Below are positions 63,139-64,000 of a DNA stretch of 64,000 nt, piece by piece (position 1 is the first letter of the stretch; each line of letters begins with the position of its first letter). The DNA lies in NCBI GenBank assembly GCA_001949185.1, contig BDGG01000011.1:1252318-1316317 (forward strand), read 5' to 3'. Below the pieces are notes generated by a model, which was not told where the DNA came from, ran no database searches, and saw only the letters and a program-made list of their open reading frames with translations. The stretch is from Ramazzottius varieornatus. Its lineage: Eukaryota > Animalia > Tardigrada. The translations under genes were made by a program, and so were the position numbers.

Positions 63139-64000
63139 TCAGGCCTTGGGTTTGATCTTGTCCTTCTTGAGCGGACCCTACGAAAACAAAAACGAACCTC
63201 TTTCCCAACTCGAACACGCAGAAGGAATTCCCTTGATGAACACCAAACAGAAAATTCTGCTTACCATGAAAGCGGCCTTCTCGGCGCCGGTCTGGAAGCG
63301 ACCATGACCGAACTTGGACGAAGTATCGATGAACTTGAGGTTGATCTTCTCCAAAGCGGCGCGCTTCGTTTGCGTCAACAAACTCTGCAACAGAATTGAA
63401 TTCAGCACATGAGACTTCTTCCGCCTGCATTTCCCACTTTCCTCTCTTACCTTGCGAATGGTGATGACTCGCTTCCTCGGTCCCATCACGCAACCCTTCA
63501 ACATCACGTAATCGTGATTGACTTCACCGTAATGTTTGAATCCACCCTGAAAAGACGAGCGACAATTATTACCAACCGGAAATGCCTCAGGAAATTGTCT
63601 TCCTAAAGAGAAAACAATTCAGCGAGGATGAAGTCACCACAGAGAATGTCTGCATTACGTCCCTCATTTATCATCAACGAACACGGGAAACGAGAAAGCT
63701 CAAAAGAAGTGGCTTCCTCACCATGGGAGTGATGGCCTTCTCGGTTAGATCGGCGGCCGTCATGGCGTTGGTCTTTGGGCCCATCTTCCCGTCTTGAAGA
63801 ACTCCCTTGCCGATGCGGTACACCTTCTTGTTCAGCTCCGTCCGGTGGAAGAAGCCCTTCTGACCGGCACGAGCCACAAAGATGGACACGCGCGCCGGAT
63901 GCCACGCTCCGATACACGCAACCTATACAGACATTAATACTCTCCACTGAAACAATCTTCCAATAATTTACGACTCTAACACAAACCCTCAACAGTCAAC
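63139..64000 (-). CDS. RPL3: 60S ribosomal protein L3 (uL3), 3' exons; gene continues beyond the window
   Basis: [89 protein letters not shown]. Confidence 0.98.
63615..63681 (-). ncRNA. Intronic box C/D snoRNA, SNORD82 (U82)-like, predicted to guide 18S rRNA 2'-O-methylation at the site equivalent to human Am1678
   Basis: Minus strand: box C TGATGA (63676-63671), guide AGGGACGTAAT complementary to conserved 18S ATTACGTCCCT, D' CAGA, C' TGGTGA, box D CTGA (63622-63619); lies in an RPL3 intron longer than its neighbours. Confidence 0.8.

Overview
Eukaryotic (metazoan) genomic DNA with very short GT-AG introns (mostly about 50-170 nt) and one 50-N scaffold gap at 16714-16763. The gene style (NRT/NRL-type orphan GPCRs, kinase fused to LRR-like repeats, compact introns) suggests a tardigrade-like compact invertebrate genome; this is inference only. 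Apparently intact genes: a multi-exon receptor guanylyl cyclase whose catalytic domain carries an sGC-alpha-like 'ANK' substitution, two rhodopsin-class GPCRs, PTDSS2 directly followed by a phosphoethanolamine N-methyltransferase with a vestigial N-terminal domain, a head-to-head pair of unknown intronless 91/92-aa paralogues, a two-C2 MCTP, and the 3' part of RPL3, which hosts a SNORD82/U82-like C/D snoRNA in an intron. Broken genes: a kinase-LRR pseudogene, a Gly/Tyr-rich secreted-protein gene with one stop, and a GPCR pseudogene. Mobile DNA: two decayed mariner copies, a CR1-like LINE, a complete two-gene PIF/Harbinger-type element, an internally deleted pogo-like element, and several MITE/hAT/foldback elements. 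All exon boundaries and identities were read by eye; no database searches were run.
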